A stretch of DNA of 64,000 bases, taken from NCBI GenBank assembly GCA_951406725.2, contig OX597817.1, positions 173,476,001 to 173,540,000 on the forward strand, read 5' to 3'. Each line of letters starts with the position of its first letter. The first letter of the stretch is position 1. The notes beneath the pieces are model-generated. The model did no database searches. It saw nothing but the letters and a program-made list of their open reading frames with translations, and was not told the DNA's origin. This document shows positions 27,565 to 41,150 of the stretch, piece after piece. The translations under genes were made by a program, and so were the position numbers. The DNA comes from Octopus vulgaris. Its lineage: Eukaryota.

Positions 27565-29350
27565 AAATACCAAAGTTCTCAAGGCAGTTTACAGCCCAAC
27601 ACGTCAAGTCCACAGTCCCCTGTGCAGTTCAGATGGCCAGGGGCTTCTCACAGACACAGCATCTATCTTCAACCACAGGTCTGAATACTTCCAGGCCCTC
27701 TTCAGTGCAAAGTCCAGGGAAATGCAATCCTCCACATCCAACAGCAACCAGTCCGAATGGAACTAGATGAGCCTCCAACCCTGGAAGAGACCACAGTTGC
27801 CACAGGCCAGCTGAAGAGTAGAAAGGCAGTAGGAGTCGATGGCATACCACCCAGAGATATGGAAGCATGGGGGTCCTGCCCTACATGCTAAACTCCATAA
27901 GCTCCTCGCTGCATGCTGGGAACAAGGTAAGCTTCCACAAGATTTCGGTGATGCTGTCATCATTACCCTGTACAAAAACAAAGGAGAAAAGTCAAACTGC
28001 TCAAACTACCAGGGGCTCATCCTGCTTTCCACTGTAGGAAAAGTTCTAGCAAGATTACTCCTCAACAGACTTGTTCTGTCCATTGCTGAAAATCGTCTTC
28101 CAGAAAGCCAATGTGGATTCAGAGCCAATAGGGGGACAACAGATATGATTTTCGTTCTCAGGCAGCTCTAAGAGAAGTGCCAGGAGCAAAACAAACCATT
28201 TTATGTAACATTTGTTGATCTGACGAAAGTGTTCAACACTGTGAGCAGGAAATGTCTGTGGCAGATCCTAAACTGACTTGGTTGTACCCCAAAATTCCTA
28301 ACCATGATCATTCAGGAAAAGTCCACCTGAATAGAGAAATATCAGAACCATTCCCCATCAACAACAGCATGAAGCAGGGCTGTGTCCTGGTGCCAACTCT
28401 CTTCAGCATCTGCTCAAGATGACATCTACATCAAGTATCGTCTGGATGGCAGTCTTTTCAACCTCCAGCACCTACAAGCTCATACCAATATCCAAGAGCA
28501 ACTGACTCAGGACCTCCTCTTTGCAGGTGATGCTGCTCTTGTCACACACACAGAAAGAGCCCTGCAGTGCATCACATCCTGCTTTGCAGAGGCCATCCAA
28601 CTCTTTGGGCTGAAAGTAAGTTTGGAAAAAACTGAAGTCCTACACTAACCAGCTCCTCATGAAGAGTACAGCCCACCTCACATGACCCTTGCCAATATAG
28701 AACTGGAGTCAGTACAGCAGTTCACTTATTTTGGCTGTACCATCTCATCAGATGCAAGTATCAACAAAGAAATTGACAACAAACTTGCAAAGGCAAAGAA
28801 AGTATTTGGCAGACTTTGCAAGTAGGTGTGGAACAACAAGCATCTTAAGATCAGCACAAAAGTCAGTGTCTACAGGGCCATCATACTCACGACACTCCTA
28901 TATGGCTTAGAGTCCGAGGTCCCCTACTGCTATCATCTCAAGCTCCTTGAATGTTTTCACCAACGCTGCCTTCATATCATCCTCAAAATTTACTGGAGTG
29001 ACTACATCACCAACACTGAGGTCTTCGAGTGAGCAAAGGTCACCAGCCTGAAAACCATTTTACTTGAGATATGACTGCATTGGACAGGGTATGTTGACAG
29101 ATTGAAAGACCATCACCTACCCAAGATCATCGTGTATGGTGAGCTTACCACTGGCCACCAGAAGAAGGGGAGCACCAAGGAAGCGTTACAAGGACTGCCT
29201 CAAGCAGTCCCTTAGTGTTTTTGACATGATTATCATGAGTGGGCCACTCTAACAGCTGACTGTGTCACTTGGCGCCCTACCATCAGTTAAGTCATTTCCT
29301 CCTTTGGGATCTCTCACAGTTCTTCCCTTGAAGACAAACATCAGAGGCGT
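27565..29350 (+). mobile_element. Decayed RTE (BovB-like) LINE ORF2
   Basis: PEIWKHGG, IITLYKNKGEKSNCSNYQG, LPESQCGFRANRGTTDMIF, LLFAGD (degenerate ADD catalytic motif), GLKVSLEKTEV, YRAIILTTLLYGLE; many stops and frameshifts. Confidence 0.92.
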
Positions 29351-29388
29351 AAAAATAATGCAGCTGCATCATTAGACCCCGAACAACC

Positions 29389-29625
29389 ATACCTATTTCT
29401 TTACTACCCACAAGGGCTAAACACAGAGAGAACAAACAAGAACAGACAAAGGGATTAAGTCGATTACATCAACCCCAGTGCGTAACTGGTACTTAATTTA
29501 TCTACCCCAAAAGGATGAAAGGCTAAGTTGACCTCAGCAGAATTTGAACTCGGCGCGTAAAGACACACGAAAATACTGCTAAGCATTTTGCCCGGCATGC
29601 TAACGTTTCTGCCAGCTCGCCGCCT
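29389..29625 (-). mobile_element. SINE family B
   Basis: Same sequence as 13060-13282. Confidence 0.9.
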
Positions 29626-32600
29626 TCCCCATGTCATCATTGCAATCCCACATTAGCCTTATCAGCCACAAATGAGTATGCAGACGACGTGGACAGCATT
29701 CCTCCTAATCTTTGTCAGCAAAGCGATGCCAAGACAAGAAGATACATACATACATACACACACCTTGAGTTTGGGGAAAACAGAATGGATAATGGAGTAA
29801 TGGAAAGATCAGTTTTTTCTATTGCTGCTCATTGGTTTATGTTAAGCTCTGCTGCTCTGTCATTCCACAGAAATACTGCATATGTTTCGAACATAGACTT
29901 TGGTACCAAATATTTAGTTTCCATCTGGTCAAAGAATATCTGCCTCAATAAATTCCATCTGAACCACACAAACATGGAAAAGTGGATGATAAATGATGAT
30001 GACAACAACAACAACAAACTGCCACCAATAGTCAAAATATCTTCTCTATGTGAGCCTGTGAGGAAGTTTTTAATTGGTTGTTCAATCTGCAAGAAATAGC
30101 AGCCAAATATCACTCAAATACCACTATACCATCTTCAAAAATGAAGCATACATTAGATAATATTATCCTAGATACTCTGTACACTACATCTGATATTAAT
30201 GATGGAGTGGTTTCAGTCGAGATGCCTTTGATGATAAGTCTGTCCAATTATCATTTAATGTTGGATAAGAAATGATCTGTTTGATATATCTTAAACATTC
30301 TAAGCCATTATTTTATCAGCATAATGGAGATGGATAAGAGATAAGAATCGCAAAACTAATTTTTGTTACCTCATGCCATGTTACTAAGAACATGATTCCA
30401 TTCTACAGTAAGACTTTATGAAATAGACTTCAGTGTATTGAAATGTTATGTGTGTTGGGGAGCCCAAAAAATAAAGAAGCATGAAGATAAAGCAAAAGAA
30501 CAACAAACAAGGTGTATTAGGTTTGCTATCAGGAAAATTGAGAGAAGTCAATGACATTTCAAGCCTACGCTCTTCTACAGAAAGGATAAATGAAGAGAGA
30601 AAAAAATCAAACATATCTGAACGAAATAGTCAGGACATTTCAATGATTTTGTCGTGAACAAGGCTTGAGGCCACTGTAGTGTAAAAAACTACAAATAAGG
30701 CAAAGAAGGGGCCAATAAATTCAAAATATGTCAACTAACAGAAAGCTTAAAAGAGTGAATATCATAGACCGGATGAAAACAAGACAATGTTAATGAGCTC
30801 CAGAGAGCAGCAGTTTGAAGAAAAAAGATATTAAAATAAAAGAGCCTATAACTAAACAGGAAACTCAAAAGAGAAATGATGCACATTTAAAGGTCTTGAC
30901 AGAGGGTACAAAACCAGAGAGTTCATCAGAGCAATGACCATGGATATACTTAGAGAAAAGACACTATAAAGATATATTTTAACAATGAGCCAAAGACTCC
31001 AACTTAATAGAATATCATTTTGATTCTCAAAATTCAGAATATTCACTTAAAACCTTATCAACTTTTCTGATCAGATGGCATCCATCATTTTTATTCCAAA
31101 ATGAAAGGAAGATTTGCAAATACAAAAATTTCAACGTGTGAGTTGATTTAAAACTGAAAATTTCAAAAAAGTTCATGAAACTAAACTACTTTAATGCAAA
31201 AATAAGGTTTTGTGTCTTGTTTGCATGATTCTTGATGTGAAATCATGTGTTGAAAACGATTTTGTATCTTAAGAAGGTTGTTTTGCCTGTAATAAACATA
31301 CATATTAGTCCTGTTTCACATACTTTATCATTATTAATCAACAAGTTAACCATTATATCAATTAACTAATTAATTGTTTCAGTAATTGTTCAGTCAGTTA
31401 ATCAATCAGCTAAGTTTATCAGAGTCCTTTTGTTGCTCTCAGCAACTTTATCAATGATATACTCTGAGTGGGACTGAAGTAGTTGGGCTTATCATCAATG
31501 GGGTCACAAATGTATGACAAAAGAACTCTCAGGAACCTCACTGATTGCGTGAGTGACCAAATAATTAATAAAATAATCTGTTAGGTGATTGATTGAGTGA
31601 CCAAATAATCAATAAAATAATCTGTTATGTGATTGGTTAACTGGTTGACTGATTGAATGTTCATCCATAGAATGGAGCTAGTCAATTATTTTGACCCCAG
31701 TGAGAGATGGGTCTAGTCAATTACTTTGAGCCCAGTGACCCCCAGCAGAAAGGTGACTGTGTAAACTTTATCAATTGTACCAAGACACAGTTACTGCTCA
31801 TATCAAGGAAACAGTTTTATAAATATCTTACTCTCTGTGATTATCAACAAAACACATTTAAAACCCTCAAATTAGTCGCAAATGCCTGATAATCTCTCAT
31901 GGTGTACCTACATCTACAGCATTGCTTGAACTACATTTCAAAAATTAGCCTTCTGTTTCAGTACCATAAAATGCTTTAGCTCTGGTTAGTGCTGAGCTTC
32001 TGCAAAGCTTAAGAAAGACTCACAAATGGAGAACTATTTTTATATTTAGGATTGTGCTATTATACATTTCAAATAGCCTGGAGCACATCCAAAAGTAAGC
32101 TATTTAACTGATTGGCAAAGACTCAATAACATAATACAACTTTTGATTTACTGGGTTTAATCTTACCCTGAGTAGTAGCATCTGTCAAGGTCCCAGCTAT
32201 TAAGTAATTAGCATATTAGGGCTTGCCAGCCTATGCATATGAAAACTGGATCCAATACATTCTACAGAAAGGTCTAAGGTGTTACACAGTGGAATTGAAC
32301 CTGAAACCATGTGACTGTAAGTTAACATCTCAACCACACAGCCAGACCCATGTATATCTTTTCTATAAAATTTAATCATGTTGTTGTGTAAGCACAAAAT
32401 ATTTGAAAATGTTTTATTCAGCAATTCAAATCTTCTGCCGCTACTGTTGTTATTTTTTATTTGACTGTCAAGCCAGCACTTATGACCTGTAGGTTGATAT
32501 TATATTTAAAACATAACTCACACATACACGCAAGCAAAATTTCCCATTCCATAACATTCTCCACACTTTAAAGATACTAAACTGAAAGAGGATGCACAAC

Positions 32601-35036
32601 ATGTCCTCCATTAAATCTAACAATTGCTTAATGTGGTTGGCATCCGTTAACAGATCACTTTCAAAAAAGAATCTGTTCCCTCGTGGAAACACTTCCACCA
32701 GAGATCACGCAACCAAGTTTTGTTTCTCCATATGCTGTGAGTCTTGTGAAAAGAAAGAATCTCCCATATAATGTGCTGTTAGTTGCTGTTGATAAAAGCG
32801 TTCTCACTAAGTGTAAGGCTCCCAGAAGAATTACCTTCCACTTGCAGTTGGCTGGGAAGTTTTTCTGTTCCAGGTCTTTTATTTTTTTATATTGTTGTAG
32901 CTTCACTTTCTGACACAAGACAGTGCCATTTGCTGGCACTGTAGAAACCAAACAGATTTGCTGCTCTGATAATGCTACAGCTTCTTGTATTATACTGCTT
33001 GTTTTAAAGAATGCTTTCCATTCCTGAATATTAGCAATAACTAGTGATAGCTGTAATGGCAGCAATAGCTGTTGTAAAAGTTTAATAAAAGCCATGTCTC
33101 GTGGATCCATCAAAAAGTCAAATAAATCATGTAAATAAATTGTGTAAAGCAAGAAATACTTCCAAAAGTTTTGAACAATGATTCTGCCATCAATCCAGTT
33201 GTAATTTTTCTTTATTTCACTGGGGTTATGTATATATGTAACATGGCTGTTATATTTAGAATGTCACACAGATATACACAAAACAACTTTCACATTTCAC
33301 AACACATTTATTTCTTCTATTTTTACTGTCATAACCTTACTCAGAGCTGTTCCTTCTAAAATTGATCCGATGGCCTTGACACTGGCAAGCACAGTCAGAG
33401 GAATCCAGCTGTCCCACTCACCACAAGTATTGTCTTACATGGAGTAAAATAACACATGATAAGGACTTGATTTATATAGCAAGTGTGGCCCATCCGGTTT
33501 CAGAGCAAATGAAAACAAAACATTCTCTAATTATTAGATTTTGTTACTCTCATTTAACACTTTCCTGCACCTCAAAATTTCAATGTCTCCATCAGAAGTG
33601 AAAACAAGCAAGAACAACTAAAGTGTCTTGAGGCAAAAATTTACAGGAGAAATGGGATACGAAATAAGTGATGTTCTTTAGAAGCATTAGTAATATAAGT
33701 GAAATGGTTTCAGCGGCTAATAGTAATTGTATTATAGACTTGATTCACAAAGAACTCACCACCGTACCCATTACATTATTGAATATATTTATCTTTTATC
33801 ATTTATATGTGCAACGAAAGGAATGAAGGTTCGAATCATGTCAGGGTCACTAAGTATAACAAAAGGAATGAGAGTTGTCAAATGTAGGGTTTTAGTCAAA
33901 CAAGTCAACTCTAGTCCTTGTTTTCTAAATTCTGTTACTTATCCTATTGGTCTCCTTTGCCAAATTGCAAAGTTACAGGGATGTAAACTAGCCAACATCA
34001 ATTGTCAAGCAGTAGGGGAACAGACACAAATACAGGGGCACACACACACGCACACACATACACACACACACACACATGCACAACAGGTTTCTTTCAGTTT
34101 CTATCCACCAAATCTACTCATAGGGTTTTTTGGTCAGTCCAGAGCTATAATATTCAAATTGCACCTGAATCAAATGCTTAAAAATATATCAGGTAATTCA
34201 ATAATCATTGGATCCAAGGGAATAGTAGATACCAACTAATTCAGTTTATTCTTTCATGTTTATGTACATTTTCCTATGCTAGCATGAGTTAGATGAATAT
34301 TTTACTGAGGTTTTGTTTTACACTCATTTACCCGTCCTGTTCCCAGTCCTTACCTGTTTTTCAGAGCCAGTGGAGGATTTGTTCACGTGGGAAATAACAA
34401 CAATGTCACTGCTTGCAGCTCAGCAATTTACAGTGAAGTGCAAATGTAAACACACACACACACACACACACACATATGCATACACACAGAAACATACACA
34501 GAAATACATATGTAAATACATGCATATCTATAGACACACAGACATACAAACACACATGAACATAAACACAAACACACACATGCAAATACACACACACACA
34601 CACACACACATGCATGCACACACATGAGGGGCCTTTTTAAGTATCCATATACCAAATCCATCTCACAGGGCTTCAGTTGGCTTAAGGTCTTAGTAGGGGA
34701 CACTAGCTCAAGGTGCAAGACACTGTACTTTTAAATCTAATTTTTATCTTTTATCTTTTGCGTAAGTTTGTTATTAGACTGCCTCCCCCCCCCCCCATGC
34801 TGGGGCACAACCTTACAAGGTTTAGTCAAACAAATTGATTCCAGTACTTATTCTGTTTTAAAGAATGGTACTTATTCCAAAGACATCTTTTGCCAAACTA
34901 TTAAGTTACAGGGATGTAAACAAACCAACATCAGTTGTCAAGTGGAGCAAGGTGGGCAGACAAATAGAGACATAAAGACATACATACATACATACATACA
35001 TACATACATACATTCATACATACATACAAACATACA

Positions 35037-35115
<79 letters not shown>

Positions 35116-35118
<3 letters not shown>

Positions 35119-35593
35119 AATATAAGAGAGTTACCGTTAAGTGGTTAACTCTAGTGCTAGAAATAGCTCCTTATTCTGGTATAGCCACGAAAGATTTTTC
35201 CACAAAGAAATAACATTACCTTCAACCTAAAATCACAACTATGTATGCAATCGATTGGACCGCATGGGTATTTGTCACCCGTGATGGTCTAATAAATTGT
35301 ATTGAAGACAAATGCTGATGATGATTTATAGATAAATATGTGAGTCATCATCATCATCATCATCATCGTTTAACGTCCGCTTTCTGCGCTAGCACGGGTT
35401 GGACTATAATTGCATATTATATTGATAAAGAAACATTTGTTCAGCATTAATCTATCTTTTCGTTGTATTTCACTTTCCTAACGTTGAAGGTAATGTTATT
35501 TCTTTGTGGAAAAAACTTTGGTGGCTATACCAGAATAAAGAGCTATTTCTAGCACTAGAGTTAACCACTTAACGGTAACTCTCTTATATTTAC
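35116..35593. repeat. Inverted repeat, 111-bp arms (35116-35226 / 35483-35593), 256-bp spacer containing a family C tail fragment
   Basis: gtaaatataagagagttaccgttaagtgg...ccttcaac versus gttgaagg...ctctcttatatttac, about three mismatches. Confidence 0.92.
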
Positions 35594-36840
35594 GTATAAA
35601 TTTGTATTGTCTCCCCGGTTTTTATGTGCTAGGCCACTTAGTATTATTAAATTAATATCTAATTTTTCACCCTCATTTATGAATATATATATGACAGGCT
35701 TCATCAAATCAACTCACAAGGATTTGGTCAGGTTGCTGTTATAGTGGAAGACATTTTCCCATGATGCAGTACAATAGAACTGAACCCAAGACCACATGGT
35801 TGGGAAGTAAGCTTCTCAACCACACTGCCATACCTCCACCTATCCATTTTCAATGGTACCTGAATGTTTTATTTTCAAAAAGCAAGTAATGAAAATAACG
35901 TCTTTAAAAAATTATTTTAGTTTAATTAAAAATTATTTAAAAAGATATCTTTATATAAAAAGGCCCCTCAGCTTTCCAGAAATAACACTTTCTAGTTTTG
36001 GTACAAAGCCAACAATTTTCTGAGGAGGTGGAGCAAGTTGATTAAAATGACCCCAGTACTTGACTGATATTCTATTTTAACAACTTCAAACGATAAAATG
36101 CAAAGCTGACCACATTGGGATTTGAACACAGAAGGTAACGTCAGAGTAAATACTGCTAAACATTTTGTCTGACACATTAATGTTGTGCCAGCTCACCACC
36201 TTCAGCTTTTGACAAACAATAATAATCAACTTGGACATTCTTGTATTTGCATAAAAAAAAAGAAAACACATTCATTTCATTCATGTAAAACCAGAAATTC
36301 AAGTCTCATTTAGAGCGGTTTGTTATGACAAGTCAAACCAATTTTATTGACAACAAACCCAGTCTTCAAGTATTTAGGAAACAATTTTCACAAGAAATAC
36401 AAATAGTGTTTTTATTTCCTATTCAGAGACTTATGAATATGTGCAAATATTTTCTGAGCAATTTCAAAAGCCAGCATTGCATAATATTTATGCTATCAAA
36501 GACATTTTTAATCTTTGCCTTGTTTTGTTCCTTCCTTTTCATGTCCAGTTTTCTTTTTATTTTTAGTTATGCAAGTTATGGTATGTCAAGTGCAAACATG
36601 GCTCTGTGTAAGACATTTACTTCCCAACCACATGGTCAGCTATGTGACACATTGACCAATGTCTTCTACTATAAGCCTGGGCCAACCAAAGGCTTGTGAG
36701 TGGCTTTTTGATAGACAGATGCTGAAAGAAACCTGTGTGTGTGTGTGTATGTATATGTGTGAGTGGTAGCGTGTGCTTGTATCTGAGTCCGTTTATATTT
36801 GTATGTGAGTGTCTGTCTCTTTGTGTGTGCATATGTGAAT

Positions 36841-36917
<77 letters not shown>

Positions 36918-37494
36918 TTTGTATTTGTTTGATGTGTATATAGCTGTAAATGAGTGTCACTGTCATGCAAGCGGTGTTCTTTGTTTCTAATTTTCTATGA
37001 AAACCTGTTTGATTATGAGGAAATATCACCTTGGAAATAGATGAGAGTTGGCAACAGGAAGGGCATCCGACTATAGAAAATCTACCTTAAAAAATTCAGC
37101 TCAACTCATGCAAGCAAGGGAAAGTGGACATTAAAATGATGATGATGATGATGATGTAGTGATGGTGGTAATTGTGATTGTGATGTTAGTCATCAATATA
37201 ATAATGATGACGACTCTGAATTCCAAACATCTTCCACCTGACTACAGAAATAAAGCATGATCACACCTACATCACATTGCAGTACCGTTTATTATTCACA
37301 TGCCTGAAATCAGCAAGTGTGGTACATTTAAACATTTAGCATTTAAACTGGCAGTATCATCTCATCCCTTCTTCTTCACCCACTTATTCCTGAGAGGGTC
37401 ATGGGGACAGAGCCCTCAAACACATCTTCCATCAGGTCTTGTCAGAAGCAACTATCTTCAATTGATCAGGTTGTATCTAACCATCTTGTTCATA

Positions 37495-37888
37495 GGCGCA
37501 GGAGTGGCTGTGTGGTAAGTAGCTTGCTTACGGACCACATGATTCCGGGTTCAGTCCCACTGCGTGGCACCTTGGACAAGTGTCTTCTACTATAGCCTTG
37601 GGCCAACCAAAGCCTTATGAGTGGATTTGGTAGACGGAAACTGAAAGAAGCCCGTTGTATATATGTATATATATACATGTATGTGCGTATATGTTTGTGT
37701 GTCTGTGTTTGTCCTCCCAACATTGCTTGACAACAGATGTTGCAGTTCGGCAAAAGAGACTGATAGAATAAGTACTAGGCTTAAAAAGAATAAGTCCTGG
37801 GGTCGATTTGCTCGACTAAAGGCGGTGCTCCAGCATGGCCACAGTCAAATGACTGAAACAAGTAAAAGAGTAAAAGTGTAAAAGAGTG
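37495..37888 (+). mobile_element. SINE family A, near full length
   Basis: A box tggctgtgtgg, B box ggttcagtcc, internal microsatellite, aaaagagt tail. Confidence 0.92.
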
Positions 37889-38382
37889 TAACCCTGAGTT
37901 TCCTACTAGTTAGTTTTTGCCCATAAAATCTGTCCAGCAATTCTTTCCCGGTGCTTTCTTACCACAAGTCCATAGTATTGGAGCTGTGATCCCTCACTTC
38001 AGAGCAGTCACAGCTCTACCCGGAACACTTCACTGATCTCCAAGCTATTCTCTTTATCAAGTACCATTACTCCGAAGACCTTTTGGAGGAACTCCATTTT
38101 GGCCACTTGTATTCATGATCATATTGTTTTGGTCATAGGTAAGGGTGGGCACGAACACTGAATTGGAGATAGCAAGTTTGACTTTTACACCTACCTCCAT
38201 TTCTCTGGTGACTGAATGCCATATCCTACCCAAATACCCAACTATTTTAGCTTCTTTTATGTTTAAACCCAACAGTTCCGCAGTCTCACTACCCTACAAT
38301 GTCATTCTAAAAAATAATCACATCATCAAAATCTCGAAGCTATAAGATAATGCATGATTAATTAAAACAATGTGAATAAATA

Positions 38383-38561
38383 GGCGCAGGAGTAGCCGTG
38401 TGGTAAGTAGCTTGCTTACCAACCACATGGTTCTGGGTTCATTCCCACTGCATGGCACCTTGGGCAAGTGTCTTCTACTATAGCCTCGGGCCAACCAAAG
38501 CCCTGTGAGTGGATTTGGTAGACAGAAACTGAAAGAAGCCCATCGTATATATGTATGTATA

Positions 38562-38606
<45 letters not shown>

Positions 38607-39712
38607 TCATCATCATCATCATCATCATCATTTAACGTCCGCTTTCCATGCTAGCATGGGTTGGATGGTTCAACTGGGGTCTGGGGAGCCCGAAGGCTGC
38701 ACCAGGCCAGTCAGATCTGGCAGTGTTTCTACAGCTGGATGCCCTTCCTAACGCCAACCACTCCAAGAGTGTAGTGGGTGATTTTATGTGCCACCGACAC
38801 AGGTGCCAGACGAGGCTGGCGAACGGCCACGCTCGGATGGTGTTTTTTATGTGCCACCGACACAGGTGCCAGACGAGGCTGGCAGAGACGGCCACGCTCG
38901 GATGGTGTTTTTATGTGCCACCAACACAGGTGCCAGATGAGGCTGGCGAACGGCCACGATCGGATGGTGTTTGTTACATGCCCACAGCACGGAGGCCAGT
39001 CAATGCGGTACTGGCTACGGCCACGTTCGGATGGTTTTCTTGTGTGCCACCGGCACTGGTACCACAAAGATATAAATTCCATTGATGTTCATCTATTTTG
39101 ATTTGTTTTGATTTGATTTGATTTTCACTTGCCTCAACAGGTCTTCACAAGTATCACAAGAAGGAAGGTATGCACAGGTGGACTGACTACGTCCCAGGTA
39201 GGGGCCACGGGTTATGGCCTGACTAGTCTTGCTGGGTCTTCGGATGGTATTTTTATGTGCCACCGACACAGGTGCCAGATGAGGCTGGCGAACGGCCACG
39301 ATTGGATGGTGTTTGTTACGTGCTCACAGCACGGAGGCCAGTCGATGCGGTACTGGCTACGGCCACGTTCGGATGGTTTTCTTGTGTGCCACCGGCACTG
39401 GTACCACAAAGATACAAATTCCATTGATGTTCATCTATTTTGATTTGTTTTGATTTTGATTTTGAATGTGTGTGTGTGTGTGTGTGTATGCATGTGTATA
39501 TGTTAGTGTGTCTGTGTTTGTCCCCCACAACATCGCTTGACAACCGATGTTGGTGTGTTTACGTCCCCGTAACTTAGCGGTTCGGCAAAAGATTCTGATA
39601 GAATAAGTACAAGGCTTACAAAGAATAAGTCCTGGGGTCGATTTGCTTGACTTAAGGCGGTGCTCCAGCATGGCCACAGTCAAATGACTGAAACAAGTAA
39701 AAGAGTGAAAAA
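38383..39712 (+). mobile_element. SINE family A split by a minus-strand family C element (about 38604-39465) with internal tandem repeats
   Basis: The family A 5' half ends in (TA)n at about 38600 and the 3' half resumes at about 39466. Confidence 0.85.
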
Positions 39713-40078
39713 TAAACATTACATTTGACAGAATAATCTGAAGATTGGAGAGTTAAATTGTATTCAACGCAATGAGGTCACCTTCTGCATTTACAGCCCT
39801 TCCAACAATATTTGCTTTAGAATTCTTCTAGAAACAGCCAATTCTAGATAAGTATATATTTCTTCAAGATATCTATCAAAACACATTTTTATTTTTTTTA
39901 CATTCCTATTGTTTTGGTAAGTGCGAAATCTGTTCTGTGACCATTGATTGCCCTAATTAACTAATATTGACTTTCTGTCATCTAAAATTCTTACAAGCAT
40001 ACTTCTCATTGATTTTGTTTTAAACAAGTGACTCATTTAGTTTTTTATTAATACTGTTGCTGTTGTTGTTGTCGTTAA

Positions 40079-40705
40079 GGCGGCGAGCTGGCGGAAACAT
40101 TAGCATGCCAGGCGAAATGCTAAGCGGTATTTCGTCTGCCACTATGTCCTGAGTTCAAATTCTTCCAAGGTCGACTTTGCTTTTTATCCTTTCAGGGTCA
40201 ATTAAATAAGTACCAGTTACGCACTTGGGTTGATATAATTGACTTGATCCTTGTGTCTGTCCTTCTTTGTCCCCTCTATGTTTAGCCCCTTGTAGGTAGT
40301 AAAGAAATAGGTATTTCGTCTGCTGCTAAGTCCTGTGTTCAAATTCCGCCAAGGTCGACTTTGCCTTTCATCCTTTCAGGGTTGATTAAATAAGTACCAG
40401 TTATGCACTGGGGTCGATATAATCGACTTAATCTGTTTGTCTGTCCTTGTTTGTCTCCTATGTGTGTAGCTCCTTGTGGGCAGTAAAGAAATAAGAATTG
40501 TTAGCATGCCAGGTGAAATGCCTTGCAATATTTCATTTGTCTTCCCATTCTGAGTTCAAATTCCGCAGAGGTCGACTATGCCCTTCATCCTTTTGGGGTT
40601 GATGGAATAAGTACCAGTTGAGTACTGGGGTCGATGTCATTGACTATCTCTCTCCCCCAAATTTCAGGCCTTGTACCTATAGTGGAAAGGATTATTATTA
40701 TTATC
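40079..40705 (+). mobile_element. Tandem array of SINE family B (3 units, (ATT)n tail)
   Basis: Three successive gttcaaattc...ggtcgact...taagtaccagtt units. Confidence 0.88.
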
Positions 40706-40756
40706 ATCATTACAGCAATGAGCTGGCAGAATTATTAACATGCTGGATAAAATGTT

Positions 40757-41150
40757 TACTCTTTTTATTTGTTTCAGTCATTTGACTGTGGCCATGCTGG
40801 AGCACCACCTTTAGTAAAGCAAATCAACTCCAGGACTTATTCTTTGTAAGCCTAGTGCTTATTCTATTGATCTCTTTTACCGAACTGCTAAGTTACGGTG
40901 ATATAAACACACCAGCATCGGTTGTCAAGCGATGTTGGGGGGGACAAACACAGACACACAAACATATACACACACACATATATATATATATACATACATA
41001 TATACGACAGGCTTCTTTCAGTTTCCGTCTACCAAATCTACTCACAAGGCTATAGTAGAAGACACTTGCTCAAGGTGCCACGCAGTGGGACTGAACCCAG
41101 AACCATGTGGTTGGTAAGCAAGCTACTTACCACACAGCCACTCCAACGCC
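40757..41150 (-). mobile_element. SINE family A inserted into a family B copy
   Basis: Family B head at about 40715-40755 resumes at about 41155. Confidence 0.85.

Noticed and set aside
31553-31740. Two short tandem duplications (about 41 bp and about 35 bp)
   Set aside because: Ordinary slippage duplications in AT-rich DNA.
38780-38970. CRISPR-like regularly spaced repeats
   Set aside because: The units are contiguous tandem copies without unique spacers, inside a eukaryotic retroelement; there are no cas genes.
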